Shown here piece after piece: positions 42,321 through 52,260 of a DNA stretch of 64,000 nucleotides. Source of the stretch: Candidatus Xenobia bacterium (GTDB lineage: Bacteria; Vulcanimicrobiota; Xenobia; Xenobiales; QWHO01); the NCBI GenBank assembly GCA_045863235.1, contig BTUM01000007.1, forward strand, positions 76,286 to 140,285, given 5' to 3'. How positions within the stretch are numbered: the stretch's first letter is position 1; each line of letters begins with the position of its first letter. Under the pieces are notes generated by a model. That model worked only from the letters and a program-made list of their open reading frames with translations, was not told the DNA's origin and ran no database searches. The position numbers and the translations under genes were made by a program.

Positions 42321-43231
42321 GTTTGGTGCAGGGCATCCAGGGCACGCTGGACTCCGCGAGTGGGGTAGAAGACGCATCCCGGAGCCGGCCGCAGGTGCCA
42401 GGCGCCTTCCGAGGGGGTGAGCTCGATCCAAAGGTCCTGGTGGAGGGGCTCTTCCACCACGAACACCCGCACCATGGCCTTCTGACGCTCGCGGTCGAAG
42501 ACCAGGTCACGGAACTGCACTCGGAAGGCTCCCTCAGCCACCGTCTCGGGCAGATTCCAGCGATCGGGGAATTCTTTGACCACGTAAGTGCGCACGGGAA
42601 CCTCCGCAGGACGGGGAGCGGGGGGAGCCGGTCCCTCGGGATAGAGCCACGATTCAAAAAATTCTTGCTGTCCTTCGGAGGTCCAGCGCCGTTCGTACTT
42701 GGTGTTCAGAGAAGCCGGCACGGTTCGAGTCTGGATCTTATACCCGGCTGCCGGCGCGTTGGCCTGGATCTGCTGGAACAGGGGCTCGAAGTCGGTCACG
42801 ATCCAGATCCCCCCGTCCGGCTTCAGACGATGGCGCAGCAACCCCAAGAACTCCACCGAGAACAGGCGATGACGCTCGTGGCGACGCTTGGGCCAGGGAC
42901 AGGGGAACAGGATGGTGACCTGGCTCAGACAGTCGGATGACAGGCTCCATTCCACCATCTGGCGGGCGTCGCCTTGCATCACTCGCAGGTTGGTCAGTTT
43001 CTCCTGGGCGGCCCGACGCAGGGCCCGCCGCACCGACTTCCACTCCAGGTCGATGCCCAGGAAGTTCTTCTCACGCTCCGCGCTGGCCGTTCGGACCAGG
43101 AACTCACCGTTACCAAAGCCGATCTCCAGCACCACCGGCGCCTGGCGTCCGAACAGTGTTCCCAGGTCCAGTGGGCGCGGGCTCGAGCGCCAGCAGACCA
43201 GGGGCGCCAGGGAGAGATACTTGCCCTGCAT
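42296..43231 (-). CDS. trmB: tRNA (guanine46-N7)-methyltransferase with a C-terminal extension.
   Basis: SAM-binding LEIGFGNGEF and the TrmB-specific FPCPWPKRRH (canonical FPDPWPKKRH). Confidence 0.75.
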   Translation of the reverse strand: MQGKYLSLAPLVCWRSSPRPLDLGTLFGRQAPVVLEIGFGNGEFLVRTASAEREKNFLGIDLEWKSVRRALRRAAQEKLTNLRVMQGDARQMVEWSLSSDCLSQVTILFPCPWPKRRHERHRLFSVEFLGLLRHRLKPDGGIWIVTDFEPLFQQIQANAPAAGYKIQTRTVPASLNTKYERRWTSEGQQEFFESWLYPEGPAPPAPRPAEVPVRTYVVKEFPDRWNLPETVAEGAFRVQFRDLVFDRERQKAMVRVFVVEEPLHQDLWIELTPSEGAWHLRPAPGCVFYPTRGVQRALDALHQTFDRSCRR

Positions 43232-43480
43232 GGCCAGTTTGCTTCTGGGCCACGCTGAAATGACCTGGAGGCGCGGCCGGAAAGGTTTCGCGTAGGCTGG
43301 GTCGATCCCCGTCAGGATGTGCCAGGAGGGCCGATGAGGCCTGGCCTGACCTGAGAGGCTTGACCGGACCTGGGACCCAGCTCGCTGTCAATCGGGTTGT
43401 GTTGGTCGGAGACATGTCCTCCATTGAGGGAGTCTCCCCCAGGTTCCACCCGAGGTCGAGGCCTTCGGCTGCCGACCCCT

Positions 43481-44008
43481 CTACTCGGGAACGACGTACA
43501 GCGTACGGTCCGGCTTGTTGAAACCCTCCATCTTCTCGGTCGGCACGCCGAATGTGGCCGCGAACGTCCGGGTGGGGACACCGGCGAAGCTGGTCGAGAT
43601 CCCGATGTCCTGGGGCTTGCTGTTGTTGAAGCAAATTGCCAGTTCGCACTCGGTGTCGCCAGCGTTCTCCAGGTAGTGGAGGTAGCCTTGGGGGATGAAC
43701 CCGACATCGCCCGGGTTCAGCACGACCTCGTCGAAGGTGTCGTCCGGATTGACGACCCCCAGGCGCACCTGGCCTTTCACTACGAAGTTCAACTCCCAGC
43801 AATTGGGGTGCCAGTGGGGCTCGCGCAGCCCCTTGGGCTCCAGACGCACGTAGTATACGGCTGCCGCCTGACCGGTGACCACCGGGAATACGTCCTGGTC
43901 GCAGACGCTGACTGACCCAACGGACGTTTTGACGACGGGGGTGATGCTGGTAAGGGGGAAACGGTGCGTGGGCCCGCCGGCTTTCAGGGTTGGTTTACTG
44001 TCCATGCG
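43481..44008 (-). CDS. Cupin-domain protein (germin/oxalate-decarboxylase-like single cupin).
   Basis: Two-motif cupin core HWHPNCWELNFVVKGQ ... PGDVGFIPQGYLHY. Confidence 0.6.
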   Translation of the reverse strand, partial: RMDSKPTLKAGGPTHRFPLTSITPVVKTSVGSVSVCDQDVFPVVTGQAAAVYYVRLEPKGLREPHWHPNCWELNFVVKGQVRLGVVNPDDTFDEVVLNPGDVGFIPQGYLHYLENAGDTECELAICFNNSKPQDIGISTSFAGVPTRTFAATFGVPTEKMEGFNKPDRTLYVVPE

Positions 44009-44219
44009 CGACCGGTTCGAGCAGTCGGCGTTCAAGCCTGCCCGTGAGACGCACAGAAAGTGACGACCGTTTCGGACGCGCAATCAAGGGCTCCAGTCCA
44101 GAGGAACGGGGGTAGACCAGGGATTGGCTGCTCCCGGAACTCATCCACCCTACTGGAAGGGCGATTCTCCTGCCGCTCGAACAGTATGCGACCATCAAAG
44201 TTCTTCAAGGAGTCGCCGA

Positions 44220-45836
44220 ATGCACAAGTGTAATGTTCTGCTCGGAGTCCTGGCGGGGGGAATACTGTTCTGCGCCGGGTGCTCGGGGAGCACCGAACCG
44301 AACGTGACCACAGCGACTCCGCCTAACCCAAGCGCGCTTGACGTGCAGCTGAGGCAATTGGCCCAACAGAACGGGGTCACCCCGCTGGATAATCCGATTC
44401 CCACCGATCCTCCCAATGGCAGTGCCCGGGCCCAGATCTTCCTGGGTCAGCAGCTTTTTCGAGACAAAGCTATCAGCGGTAACGCCAGTATCTCCTGTAA
44501 CAGTTGTCATACGACGGCCCAGAACCTGGGAGACGGGATGTCGATCGGCGTGGGCCAGGATGCGCAGGGTACCGCTCCCTTTCGACGTAACGGCTTTCAG
44601 ACGGGCTTCCTGAATACCAGTGGGCTCCGCGTCCCTTATTTCCACCGCAACTCCATGCCGCTGTTCAATGTGGGCTCTGAGTTCTGGCGCGTTCGTCTCT
44701 GGGATGGACGGGTTCAGGAAGGCACCCAGACGATCGGCAATCTCGAGAGCAATGGCCAGTTCATCTCCCCGGCCGGCAACTTGCTGCCCCTTGGCTTCGA
44801 CAACGTAACGGCCGTGCTGGAATGCTTCCCGCCCACGACCGATCGCGAGATGCTTGGAAACATCGGTGATCATCGTCGCAATCCCCAGGACACGATGGTC
44901 TACACTGGCCCCTTGAACGAGGTCGCGTCGGCAGGCATCTCTCAGGTAGAGGGAACCCAGGAAGGCAGCGACCCCGAGTTTGCCGACCAGATCGGCGCCA
45001 TTATGGGGCGACTGTCGGGTCCTCTGAATCTGGCGGGCGAGCCCAACCCCTACATCGAGCTGTTCCAAGCCGCTTACGGCCATCCGCCGATCAACGGCCC
45101 CCAGGGCTACGTCGACGTAGGAAACGCCATGTCGGCCTTCTTGAAGGTGGCGTTCACCTATATCAACAGTCCTTTCGAACAGTATCTGCGGGGCGACGAC
45201 ACTGCTCTCAACGCCCAGGAGAAACGCGGCATGCTGGTGTTCTTCACCAATGGGCGCTGCGTGGCGTGCCACAACGGACCGCTGCTCACCGACCAGGACT
45301 TCCACAACATCGGTGTGCCGCAGATCGGTCCGGGAAACATCGCCGGCCTCGATTCCACGGCTCCCAACGGCGAGATCGCCACCAAGAGCGACTACGGCCG
45401 CTTCGGGCGCACGCTGATCGAGAGCGACAAGTTCAAGTTCCGTACGCCCACGCTGCACTCCACCGCTCTGACGGGGCCTTTCATGCACGACGGCACTTTC
45501 TTCACGCTGGAAGCCGCCGTGCGCCATCACCTGAACGTCCAGGGCTCGTTCCAGACGTACAATGCGGCGCAGGTGTTCCCGCAGCAATTGCTCGACCCTA
45601 ATCTGGGCGGCGGGCCGGTGAACCGCGATCCGATCCTCACCACCAACCTGGATCCGGTCGTGGCCAACGGCATCCCGCTGACCGAGGAGGAGATCCAGGA
45701 CCTGCTGGCTTTCCTGAACGCTTTGACCGACCCCGCCGCGCTTACCACCCTGGACCGCGCCAACCCGACGGGCCGATTCGCGACCATCAGCCCCAGCGGC
45801 ATGCCGATCAGCGACAGTTTTGGCGGCAACCCCTAG
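44220..45836 (+). CDS. Di-haem cytochrome c peroxidase family lipoprotein (CCP/MauG-like).
   Basis: AAGGAG 8 nt upstream of the ATG. Lipobox LFCAGCSGS. Two CxxCH haem sites (CNSCHT, CVACHN) and the conserved C-terminal PTLHSTA/FMHDGTF region. Confidence 0.75.
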   Translation: MHKCNVLLGVLAGGILFCAGCSGSTEPNVTTATPPNPSALDVQLRQLAQQNGVTPLDNPIPTDPPNGSARAQIFLGQQLFRDKAISGNASISCNSCHTTAQNLGDGMSIGVGQDAQGTAPFRRNGFQTGFLNTSGLRVPYFHRNSMPLFNVGSEFWRVRLWDGRVQEGTQTIGNLESNGQFISPAGNLLPLGFDNVTAVLECFPPTTDREMLGNIGDHRRNPQDTMVYTGPLNEVASAGISQVEGTQEGSDPEFADQIGAIMGRLSGPLNLAGEPNPYIELFQAAYGHPPINGPQGYVDVGNAMSAFLKVAFTYINSPFEQYLRGDDTALNAQEKRGMLVFFTNGRCVACHNGPLLTDQDFHNIGVPQIGPGNIAGLDSTAPNGEIATKSDYGRFGRTLIESDKFKFRTPTLHSTALTGPFMHDGTFFTLEAAVRHHLNVQGSFQTYNAAQVFPQQLLDPNLGGGPVNRDPILTTNLDPVVANGIPLTEEEIQDLLAFLNALTDPAALTTLDRANPTGRFATISPSGMPISDSFGGNP

Positions 45837-45918
45837 CTAGGAGACTGATGCAAAACCGGTTGTGGCGGCGGAGCTCTGCCACTACAAGAAATTGTGTAGG
45901 GCATCAGCCTGGCGCAGG

Positions 45919-45957
45919 ATGATGCAAAAGCCCTCTTCGAGGACTTTTGCATCATCT
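45919..45957. other. Perfect 13-bp inverted repeat (gatgatgcaaaag / cttttgcatcatc) with a 13-nt loop. AT-rich hairpin in the CCP-cydB convergent intergenic region.
   Basis: Sequence inspection. Confidence 0.6.
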
Positions 45958-45967
45958 CTGCCAGGCC

Positions 45968-45999
45968 AGGAGCGCAGCCGGAAACCCATTGACGACACG
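45968..45999. repeat. Copy 2 of the GAGCGCAGCCGGAAACCC-TTGAC motif. Here it carries an internal 10-bp inverted repeat (cagccggaaa / tttccggctg) and is preceded by an AT-rich 13-bp-stem hairpin (45919-45957).
   Basis: Direct sequence comparison with 27497-27527. Confidence 0.75.
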
Positions 46000-46081
46000 C
46001 CTTTCCGGCTGTGCGCGCCCAGCATATTGTTCGCTGGCGGAGGTGGGGGCCGGGGCCCCCGAGGGACTTTAGACCTGGACC

Positions 46082-47116
46082 TCAGGATTCCGACGACTCT
46101 CTGGTCTTCTCGCGGGCTTTGGCGCGAAACACCCAGTACACCGTCCCCGTGTAAGCCAGCGCCAGGGGCATGCCCACCAGCGCCACCCAGCGCATCGTGC
46201 TGAGCGTGCCCTGACTGGAGGCTGAGTTGTAAATCGTCAAGTTCAAGCCAGGGTCGGCGTGGGACGCGATCAGGTTGGGGAACAGCACGGCGGCGTAGAG
46301 GAAGGCCAGGCACGCGATGTTGGCGGCCGACAGCATGAACGCCACCACGGGACGGCTATGCGCGAGGGCAAGTCCGGAGCCCACCATCAGGGCGAGCTTG
46401 AGGCCCATTGCGACGCGCGCGATAGCCAGGTGGACGAGGCTGGTGTATTCCCAGAACACGTATTTCCAGGCATAGTATGAGACAGCAGCGTAGCTCAGGA
46501 GGTAGATGATCCAGAAAATCCAGGCGGCCCGTGTCACGCGGTCGAGCAGGGCTCCCGGCTCGATTCGCATGCGGAGAAACAGCGTTCCATGGAGCGCGAA
46601 AAGCATAATGGTCTTGAAGGCCACCAGGCCCGCCCCCACCGAGAAGAGGTCCGCCAGCGTGCCGGCGAATTCGTGGTGGGTCCCGAGCGGTACGCCCGCA
46701 AGGGCGTTGGCGATCATGCACCCGAACACAGCCGAGGTGAGCAGACAGGCCGCTCCCAGCGCCAGATCCCACAGCTTGCGCCACCAGGACCAGGTCTCAT
46801 GGTCACGCAGCTCCATCGCGACCGCGCGCAGAAGAAGTGCGGCCAGCAGGGCCATGAAGGGCAGATAGAACCCGGAGAACGCGGCAGCGTAGGCGTCCGG
46901 AAAGGCTCCGAAGAAGGCGCCGCCGAAACAGACCAGCCAGACCTCGTTGCCGTCCCAGAGGGGGGCGATCGTGCTCAGGAGCGTTCGCTTCTCCGCCTCG
47001 GTGCGCGCCAGCAGGTTGAGAACGATGCCCACGCCCAGATCGAATCCGTCCAGAATGGCATAGGCCGTCAGCATGACGGCCAGAAGCACGAACCAGAGGA
47101 CGTTCAGGTCGGTCAC
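46082..47116 (-). CDS. cydB: Cytochrome bd ubiquinol oxidase subunit II.
   Basis: GTG start overlaps the cydA TGA (GTGA). N-terminus LNVLWFVLLAVMLTAYAILDGFDLGVG is the CydB signature. The 120-codon N-terminal extension in the ORF call overlaps cydA and is rejected. Confidence 0.8.
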   Translation of the reverse strand: MTDLNVLWFVLLAVMLTAYAILDGFDLGVGIVLNLLARTEAEKRTLLSTIAPLWDGNEVWLVCFGGAFFGAFPDAYAAAFSGFYLPFMALLAALLLRAVAMELRDHETWSWWRKLWDLALGAACLLTSAVFGCMIANALAGVPLGTHHEFAGTLADLFSVGAGLVAFKTIMLFALHGTLFLRMRIEPGALLDRVTRAAWIFWIIYLLSYAAVSYYAWKYVFWEYTSLVHLAIARVAMGLKLALMVGSGLALAHSRPVVAFMLSAANIACLAFLYAAVLFPNLIASHADPGLNLTIYNSASSQGTLSTMRWVALVGMPLALAYTGTVYWVFRAKAREKTRESSES

Positions 47117-48519
47117 TCGTTCACCCTGGATTTGGCGCGGGATACCACGCTGTCTGCCCATCCCCTGGCCAGGCTCTGGTTGGTGCCGAGCGCGAAGACC
47201 TCCGGGCCGGCCTGGATCCGCCGCTTGAGGGTGTAGAGCCAGAGCAGGCCCATCAGAAAGTAGATGACCAGGAACATGAGGATGGATGCCAGCACATGCG
47301 AGGCCTGAACGGCCTCGCTGATGGCGTCGCTGGTGCGGAGGAGCTTGTACACGATCCAGGGCTGCCTCCCCACCTCGGCGGCGACCCAGCCGGCCTCGTT
47401 GGCCAGGAAGGCTGCCGGAGCGCCCATCATCAGGAGGACCAGGAGCCAACGTTGGCGCTCCAGGCTCTTCCGCCAATGGAAGAATAGCCCCACGTACGCC
47501 ACCGTGGCCATGTAGACCCCTAGAAACGCCATCAGGTGAAACGAGAAGAAGGAGAGGGGGAGGGGAGGCCAGTCCTGCTCAGGGGTCTGGTCGAGCCCGG
47601 GAACCGGCTTGTTCTCGAGCGAGTGATAGGTCAGGATACTGAGCAGCCACGGTATCTCGATCGCGTAGCGTAGCTTCTTGGCCTCTTTGTCGGGCCAGCC
47701 GATAAGGGCGAAGGACGACCGCCCGGTGCCGGTTTCGAAGTGACCCTCGAAGGCCGCCAGCTTGGTCGGCTGGTGCTGCGCCACCATTCGGGCGCTCGAG
47801 TCCCCCGAAACCATCACCAGGGTGCAGGCGATGGCTGCGTAGAACAGACCCAGCCTCAGCATGATAGGGGTCATGTCCGGGTGCTGCTTGCGCAGCGCGT
47901 ACCAGGCGGAGATCGCCAGCGAGAAGTAGGCACCCAGCACGAACGCGGCCAGCCAGACGTGCACCAGGCGGTCCACGGTGGACGGGTTGAGCACCATCGC
48001 CCAGAAGTCCGTGACGTGCGCCCGAGCATTCAGGCCTGTTCCCACGATCGTGTACCCTGCCGGGGTCTGCATCCAGGAGTTGGCGATCACGATCCAGATG
48101 CTGGAGAAGATCCCTCCGAACATCACCATCGTGGTGCAGAAGAAGTGAAACCTGGGGGAGACGCGGTTCCAGCCGAACACGACGACGCCGAAGAACCCTG
48201 TCTCCAGGAAGAAGGCGAAGATTCCCTCGGACGCGAGCGCCGTGCCGAAGATGTCCCCCACGAACCGCGAGTAGGCGGCCCAGTTCGTCCCGAACTGGAA
48301 CTGGTTCACGATGCCAGTGGCCACGCCCATCACGAACGTCACGCCGAAGAGCTTGGTCCAGAAGTGGGCGATGGAAAGGTAACGAACGTCCTTCGTCTTG
48401 AGGTAAAGCCCCTCGGCCACCACCATCAGCACACTCAGCCCGATCGTTAGCGGCGGGAACAGGTAGTGGAACATGATGGTCATCGCAAACTGAAGGCGGG
48501 AGAGGATAACGACGTCCAT
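47113..48519 (-). CDS. cydA: Cytochrome bd ubiquinol oxidase subunit I.
   Basis: AAGGAGAGG Shine-Dalgarno. Motifs [14 protein letters not shown]-loop and GRQPW. Confidence 0.9.
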   Translation of the reverse strand: MDVVILSRLQFAMTIMFHYLFPPLTIGLSVLMVVAEGLYLKTKDVRYLSIAHFWTKLFGVTFVMGVATGIVNQFQFGTNWAAYSRFVGDIFGTALASEGIFAFFLETGFFGVVVFGWNRVSPRFHFFCTTMVMFGGIFSSIWIVIANSWMQTPAGYTIVGTGLNARAHVTDFWAMVLNPSTVDRLVHVWLAAFVLGAYFSLAISAWYALRKQHPDMTPIMLRLGLFYAAIACTLVMVSGDSSARMVAQHQPTKLAAFEGHFETGTGRSSFALIGWPDKEAKKLRYAIEIPWLLSILTYHSLENKPVPGLDQTPEQDWPPLPLSFFSFHLMAFLGVYMATVAYVGLFFHWRKSLERQRWLLVLLMMGAPAAFLANEAGWVAAEVGRQPWIVYKLLRTSDAISEAVQASHVLASILMFLVIYFLMGLLWLYTLKRRIQAGPEVFALGTNQSLARGWADSVVSRAKSRVNE

Positions 48520-48745
48520 CAGGTGCCTCTCCTTTGTGGGATGGGCCCGATCCCCTGCGTTCGGATGTTCAAAGAGCTAAGGGCCAGGAAAACTGCTCGA
48601 AACTTTCTCAATGGTGGTTATCGACGGCTGCGTCCTTCTGCATTTACTCCCTGAGTGCCACCATCGGCCGGGACCAACCTCGTCCCCGGCCGGGCTGCAG
48701 TCGACAAGTGGAAGAATGACCGCCATAGCGGGCTGATGTGGTCTG

Positions 48746-49339
48746 CTAGTTGCGCGGAGCGGCGGAGAACACGTTGGTCTGAACTTCCATCTGCATCGAG
48801 TTGGGACGGCGCCGCTGGGCTACGATGGTCAGCCCCAAGACTCCCCCCAGGTCCTGGACCTGGAAGCTGGTGACCGAGCGGGCCAGGACTCGTCCGCCTA
48901 CCAGGCTGTTGGCCAGGGGCTGGCCGGTGTACTGCTCGATCGGCACCACGGCGCTGGTGGGGGGAACGATGGGCACCTCCAGGTAACGCACCTCGCCCGA
49001 GGGGGCGTCGAAATAGTAGAGCTGATAGCTCTGCCAGATCAGCTCGCTGGTGGTGGGGTCGATGGCGAAAACCCCGGCCGGGGTGATGGCCGAGGGCAGG
49101 CTGCAGGCATTCCCGGTGGCTGACAGGCTGATGGCCGACAGGCTTGCCGTCTCGGTCTCGCGCACCCAGCGTCCTCCGACCGCCTGGCCCTGTTGCTGTA
49201 GCTCGGCCAGCCCATCGGCTTTGAACCAGGCCCCGATGCCCATGCGGAAGATGGCGAAGATGGCTGCGGTCAGGATGGCCAGGATGCCGGCTCCAACCAT
49301 CGTCTCGAGCAGGGTGGCTGCCCGCTGATCAGGGCGCAT
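48746..49339 (-). CDS. Pseudopilin (GspJ/PilW-like minor pilin).
   Basis: N-terminal prepilin-type TM segment AATLLETMVGAGILAILTAAIFAIF. Confidence 0.55.
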   Translation of the reverse strand: MRPDQRAATLLETMVGAGILAILTAAIFAIFRMGIGAWFKADGLAELQQQGQAVGGRWVRETETASLSAISLSATGNACSLPSAITPAGVFAIDPTTSELIWQSYQLYYFDAPSGEVRYLEVPIVPPTSAVVPIEQYTGQPLANSLVGGRVLARSVTSFQVQDLGGVLGLTIVAQRRRPNSMQMEVQTNVFSAAPRN

Positions 49340-49736
49340 AGAAACAGCTCTCCGTCATCACCCGGTGCTGTTGCTGCCAGCGAACCTCGACTCGCACGGC
49401 CACGAAGTCCGGGCGGATCGGCTGGGTGGTCACGAACAGGGTGAAGGGCAGATTGGCCACCGCGGCGGTGGGGTAGGGCGCGGGCGGAAAGCCGGCCACC
49501 GTAGGGGTGGGAATGGAGCCATCGAAGGTCAGGGCGTTGTGCGGGACGTTGCCTGAAACGCGCACCTGCTCGAGCAACTGGCGGGCGAGCTGGGTGGCCG
49601 CTTGGGCGTCGCGCGATTGGGCCAGCAGGCGTAGACCCGAGGTGAAGACCCCGATCAGGGCCAGCATCGCCACCGCCAGGATGCCCACGGCCAGCATGAT
49701 CTCGGCCAGGTTGATGCCTCGCCGACGCGAATTCAA
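49329..49736 (-). CDS. Pseudopilin (GspI/PilV-like minor pilin).
   Basis: RRRGINLAEIMLAVGILAVAMLAL prepilin N-terminus. Overlaps the upstream gene stop (ATGA). Confidence 0.55.
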   Translation of the reverse strand: MNSRRRGINLAEIMLAVGILAVAMLALIGVFTSGLRLLAQSRDAQAATQLARQLLEQVRVSGNVPHNALTFDGSIPTPTVAGFPPAPYPTAAVANLPFTLFVTTQPIRPDFVAVRVEVRWQQQHRVMTESCFYAP

Positions 49737-51550
49737 CGACTCATCCAGACGCTGACCTGGAACGTGCCGATGGTCGAGCCGGATTGCTCGAGCAGATCGC
49801 GCACGAAGGTCACTCGCACTCCCCGGTTGAGGTAGATGTCGCCTGGATTCACCTGCAAGCCGGGGTTGGTGGGGTCCGGGAAGCCAGGGGGCTGGGTCCC
49901 GTCGTCGGCGGCGATCAGCCCGCCCCGGATGTTGACCTCGTTCTCCGAGTAGAAGTAACCGTTGGTGTAGATCAGGCCGTTGAAATGGGCCGCGCCCAGC
50001 TTGTCATAGTCGAGCTGGCTCATGGTGGAGCTGATCAGGCTGTAAATCAGGGCCTGCTGAGCCGGCCCATAGGTGGAATAGGAGTCGTTGGAGCCGTCTG
50101 CCAGACCATCCGTAGATCCGTTCGCCAGCGCAGCGTTGACGTCGTTCTGCGAGTCGCCTACGCCGGCGTGCCAGGCATACAGGCCCTTGAGCTGGTCATT
50201 GGGATCCTGCAGGTAGGTGAATTTTTCCAGCAGGAACTGCTGGGTCGGGCTGAACGGCTGGGCCTGGAGCAGGTTATTGAGCTTGACGACCGGGGCCATC
50301 TCGTTTGGGGCCACCACGAAAGGAGGGGTCACATCGGCCGTGCCCTGGTGGCCCAGCATGTCGATGCAGAAGTCGAAGTCCGAGCCTTGAAAGCCGTAAT
50401 CCGTGGGCCCGAAGTTGGCCAGAAAGGTCTGGGCCTGTTGGGTCCAGTTCTTGGTGTTGGTCCAGTGGGTGCTGTAAGGAACCCCGTTGGGGTCGTTACC
50501 GGCCGTGGCCACCAGGTTGTCGAGGTAGGTGGTGCCGTCGAAGCCACGCAGGGCCACGCTACCCTTGCTGTACACGGAGACCTGCTCGGCGTTGCTGGCG
50601 GTGATCTCGCTGTCGCCGTAGAAACTTGTGTTACCGCCCGTGAACACGCTGCCCTGGCCTTTGATCGTGCCGTTCACTGTCAGATTGCCGGCCACGTAGA
50701 GGTTGGCTCCCTGCAGGTCGAGATCGCCATTGTAGTTGAGGTTGCCCCCCACGTAGTAGTCGCCAGCCGCCAGGGTGGTCACTCCGGGAACCAGGACCGG
50801 GGCCGGAGCGGCCGAGTTGGCGCTGATGCGTCCGGTGATGTCCACGATGGGCGGAGGGGGAGAGGGCTGGTTGTTCTGGACCTGGCCCGTGACGCTGGCT
50901 CCGGCCATCTGGATGGCTGAGGGATGGGCGCTGGCCGAGAAGACGGAGCCCTTGATGGTGGCTGATTCGCCCGGGACGCCGGTCCAGACGACCTGGCCTG
51001 CGGAGTTGACACTCGAGCCCGAACGCACGTCGGCATCCACCGGAACGGGATTGCTGAGACTTTCGATGCCGTCGATCTCCACGTTGCCCCGCATGCGGAT
51101 GACGCCCGAGCCGGTCAGGGAGGCCGTCGTGCTGGCCGGGCCCTGGCGCGTGACGATGACCTCGAGCACCCGGTGGGTCAGGCCCTGCTCGCCGTCCACC
51201 ACCAGAAAGGCGGTGCCGGGTTGGACCGGCCCGCGAGGGCCGGGTACGGCCACCCCGCCGCCGATGTTGTTGACCGAGGCGGTCGGTGAGAAGCGGATGC
51301 TGTAGCGAGCGCCACCCGAGGGGAGGGGCTGGTTGATGAGGTCGGTGGACCAGCCGGGAAGGGCGGTCAGGCGTGACAGAGCATCGGCCACGCCTGCTTC
51401 GGCTGCGTTGAGAGCGGCCAGGCCGCTCTGAGACTGCAGTCCAAAGAATCCCTGGGCTCGCAATCGCACCGTGAAAGCGATCAGCATCAGGGCCAGGATA
51501 CCCATCATCAAGAGAGTGGTGACCAGAGCCATCGCTCGGTGGTTGCGCAT
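49733..51550 (-). CDS. Large minor pseudopilin (GspK/PilX-like) with a beta-rich body.
   Basis: N-terminal TM MALVTTLLMMGILALMLIAF followed by a NAAEAG-type motif. 605 aa. Heads a three-gene pseudopilin operon. Confidence 0.5.
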   Translation of the reverse strand: MRNHRAMALVTTLLMMGILALMLIAFTVRLRAQGFFGLQSQSGLAALNAAEAGVADALSRLTALPGWSTDLINQPLPSGGARYSIRFSPTASVNNIGGGVAVPGPRGPVQPGTAFLVVDGEQGLTHRVLEVIVTRQGPASTTASLTGSGVIRMRGNVEIDGIESLSNPVPVDADVRSGSSVNSAGQVVWTGVPGESATIKGSVFSASAHPSAIQMAGASVTGQVQNNQPSPPPPIVDITGRISANSAAPAPVLVPGVTTLAAGDYYVGGNLNYNGDLDLQGANLYVAGNLTVNGTIKGQGSVFTGGNTSFYGDSEITASNAEQVSVYSKGSVALRGFDGTTYLDNLVATAGNDPNGVPYSTHWTNTKNWTQQAQTFLANFGPTDYGFQGSDFDFCIDMLGHQGTADVTPPFVVAPNEMAPVVKLNNLLQAQPFSPTQQFLLEKFTYLQDPNDQLKGLYAWHAGVGDSQNDVNAALANGSTDGLADGSNDSYSTYGPAQQALIYSLISSTMSQLDYDKLGAAHFNGLIYTNGYFYSENEVNIRGGLIAADDGTQPPGFPDPTNPGLQVNPGDIYLNRGVRVTFVRDLLEQSGSTIGTFQVSVWMSR

Positions 51551-51558
51551 ATGTTCTT

Positions 51559-52215
51559 ATGGTAGCACTGATTCGTGGGGTCGGCAGGTGCCGGCGCCCG
51601 GAGGGCAAAAATGCCGCCGTGGCACTCGATCTCCCCGACCTCGACCCCGATCCGCTCAGGCAGTTCCAGAGTTGGTATGCCGATTGGTGCAAAGTCTGCC
51701 CGCGCGACCCTGAGGCCATGTTCCTGGCCACCTGCTCTCCCGAGGGCCAGCCGTCGGTGCGCACGGTGCTGTTGCGCGGTCTGGACGAGCGAGGGTTCTG
51801 CTTTTATACCAACTACGAAGGGCGTAAGGGGCGCGAATTGAGCCGAAATCCCCTGGCTTGCCTGCTCTTTTACTGGCTCGAGCCCGGTCGGCAGGTTCGG
51901 GTGGACGGTCCGGTCGAGCGCATGGACGAGGCTGAGTCGGATGACTACTTTGCCGGAAGGCCCCGCCTGAGCCAGCTGGGGGCCTGGGCCAGCCACCAGA
52001 GCCAGCCCCTGGAGAGCCGACACCAACTGCTCGACCGCCTGCACGAGTTGGAGCGGCGCTACCCCGAGGTGGTCCCGCGTCCGCCCCACTGGGGTGGTTA
52101 TCGCTTGCGCCCCAACAGCTGGGAGTTCTGGCAGGCAGGGGAGTTCCGCCTGCACGACCGGTTTCTCTATCAGGCCCGTGAGGGCGGCTGGAGTATCCTT
52201 CGCCTCAACCCTTGA
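51559..52215 (+). CDS. pdxH: Pyridoxamine 5'-phosphate oxidase.
   Basis: LDLPDLDPDPLRQFQSW, FCFYTNYEGRKG, and C-terminal EFWQAGEFRLHDRFLY are classic PdxH motifs. Start uncertain (ATG 51559 with no SD; alternative GTG 51625). Confidence 0.75.
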   Translation: MVALIRGVGRCRRPEGKNAAVALDLPDLDPDPLRQFQSWYADWCKVCPRDPEAMFLATCSPEGQPSVRTVLLRGLDERGFCFYTNYEGRKGRELSRNPLACLLFYWLEPGRQVRVDGPVERMDEAESDDYFAGRPRLSQLGAWASHQSQPLESRHQLLDRLHELERRYPEVVPRPPHWGGYRLRPNSWEFWQAGEFRLHDRFLYQAREGGWSILRLNP

Positions 52216-52260
52216 GGCTGTTCGAGAGGAACGCCGCAGGGAGCGCGAGAAAGCCCCGCC

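Noticed and set aside
44205-45587. 460-aa minus-strand ORF antisense to the di-haem peroxidase
   Set aside because: The plus strand has two CxxCH sites and a lipobox. The antisense frame has nothing recognisable.
46082-47476. Full 464-aa ORF call for cydB
   Set aside because: The N-terminal 120 codons overlap cydA. CydB homology and a GTGA-coupled GTG start begin at 47116.
49784-51764. Plus-strand (49784-50920) and alternative minus-frame (50631-51764) ORFs over the GspK-like gene
   Set aside because: The called frame has the prepilin-type N-terminus and overlaps its operon partners with ATGA. The others are Arg/Gly-rich artefacts.
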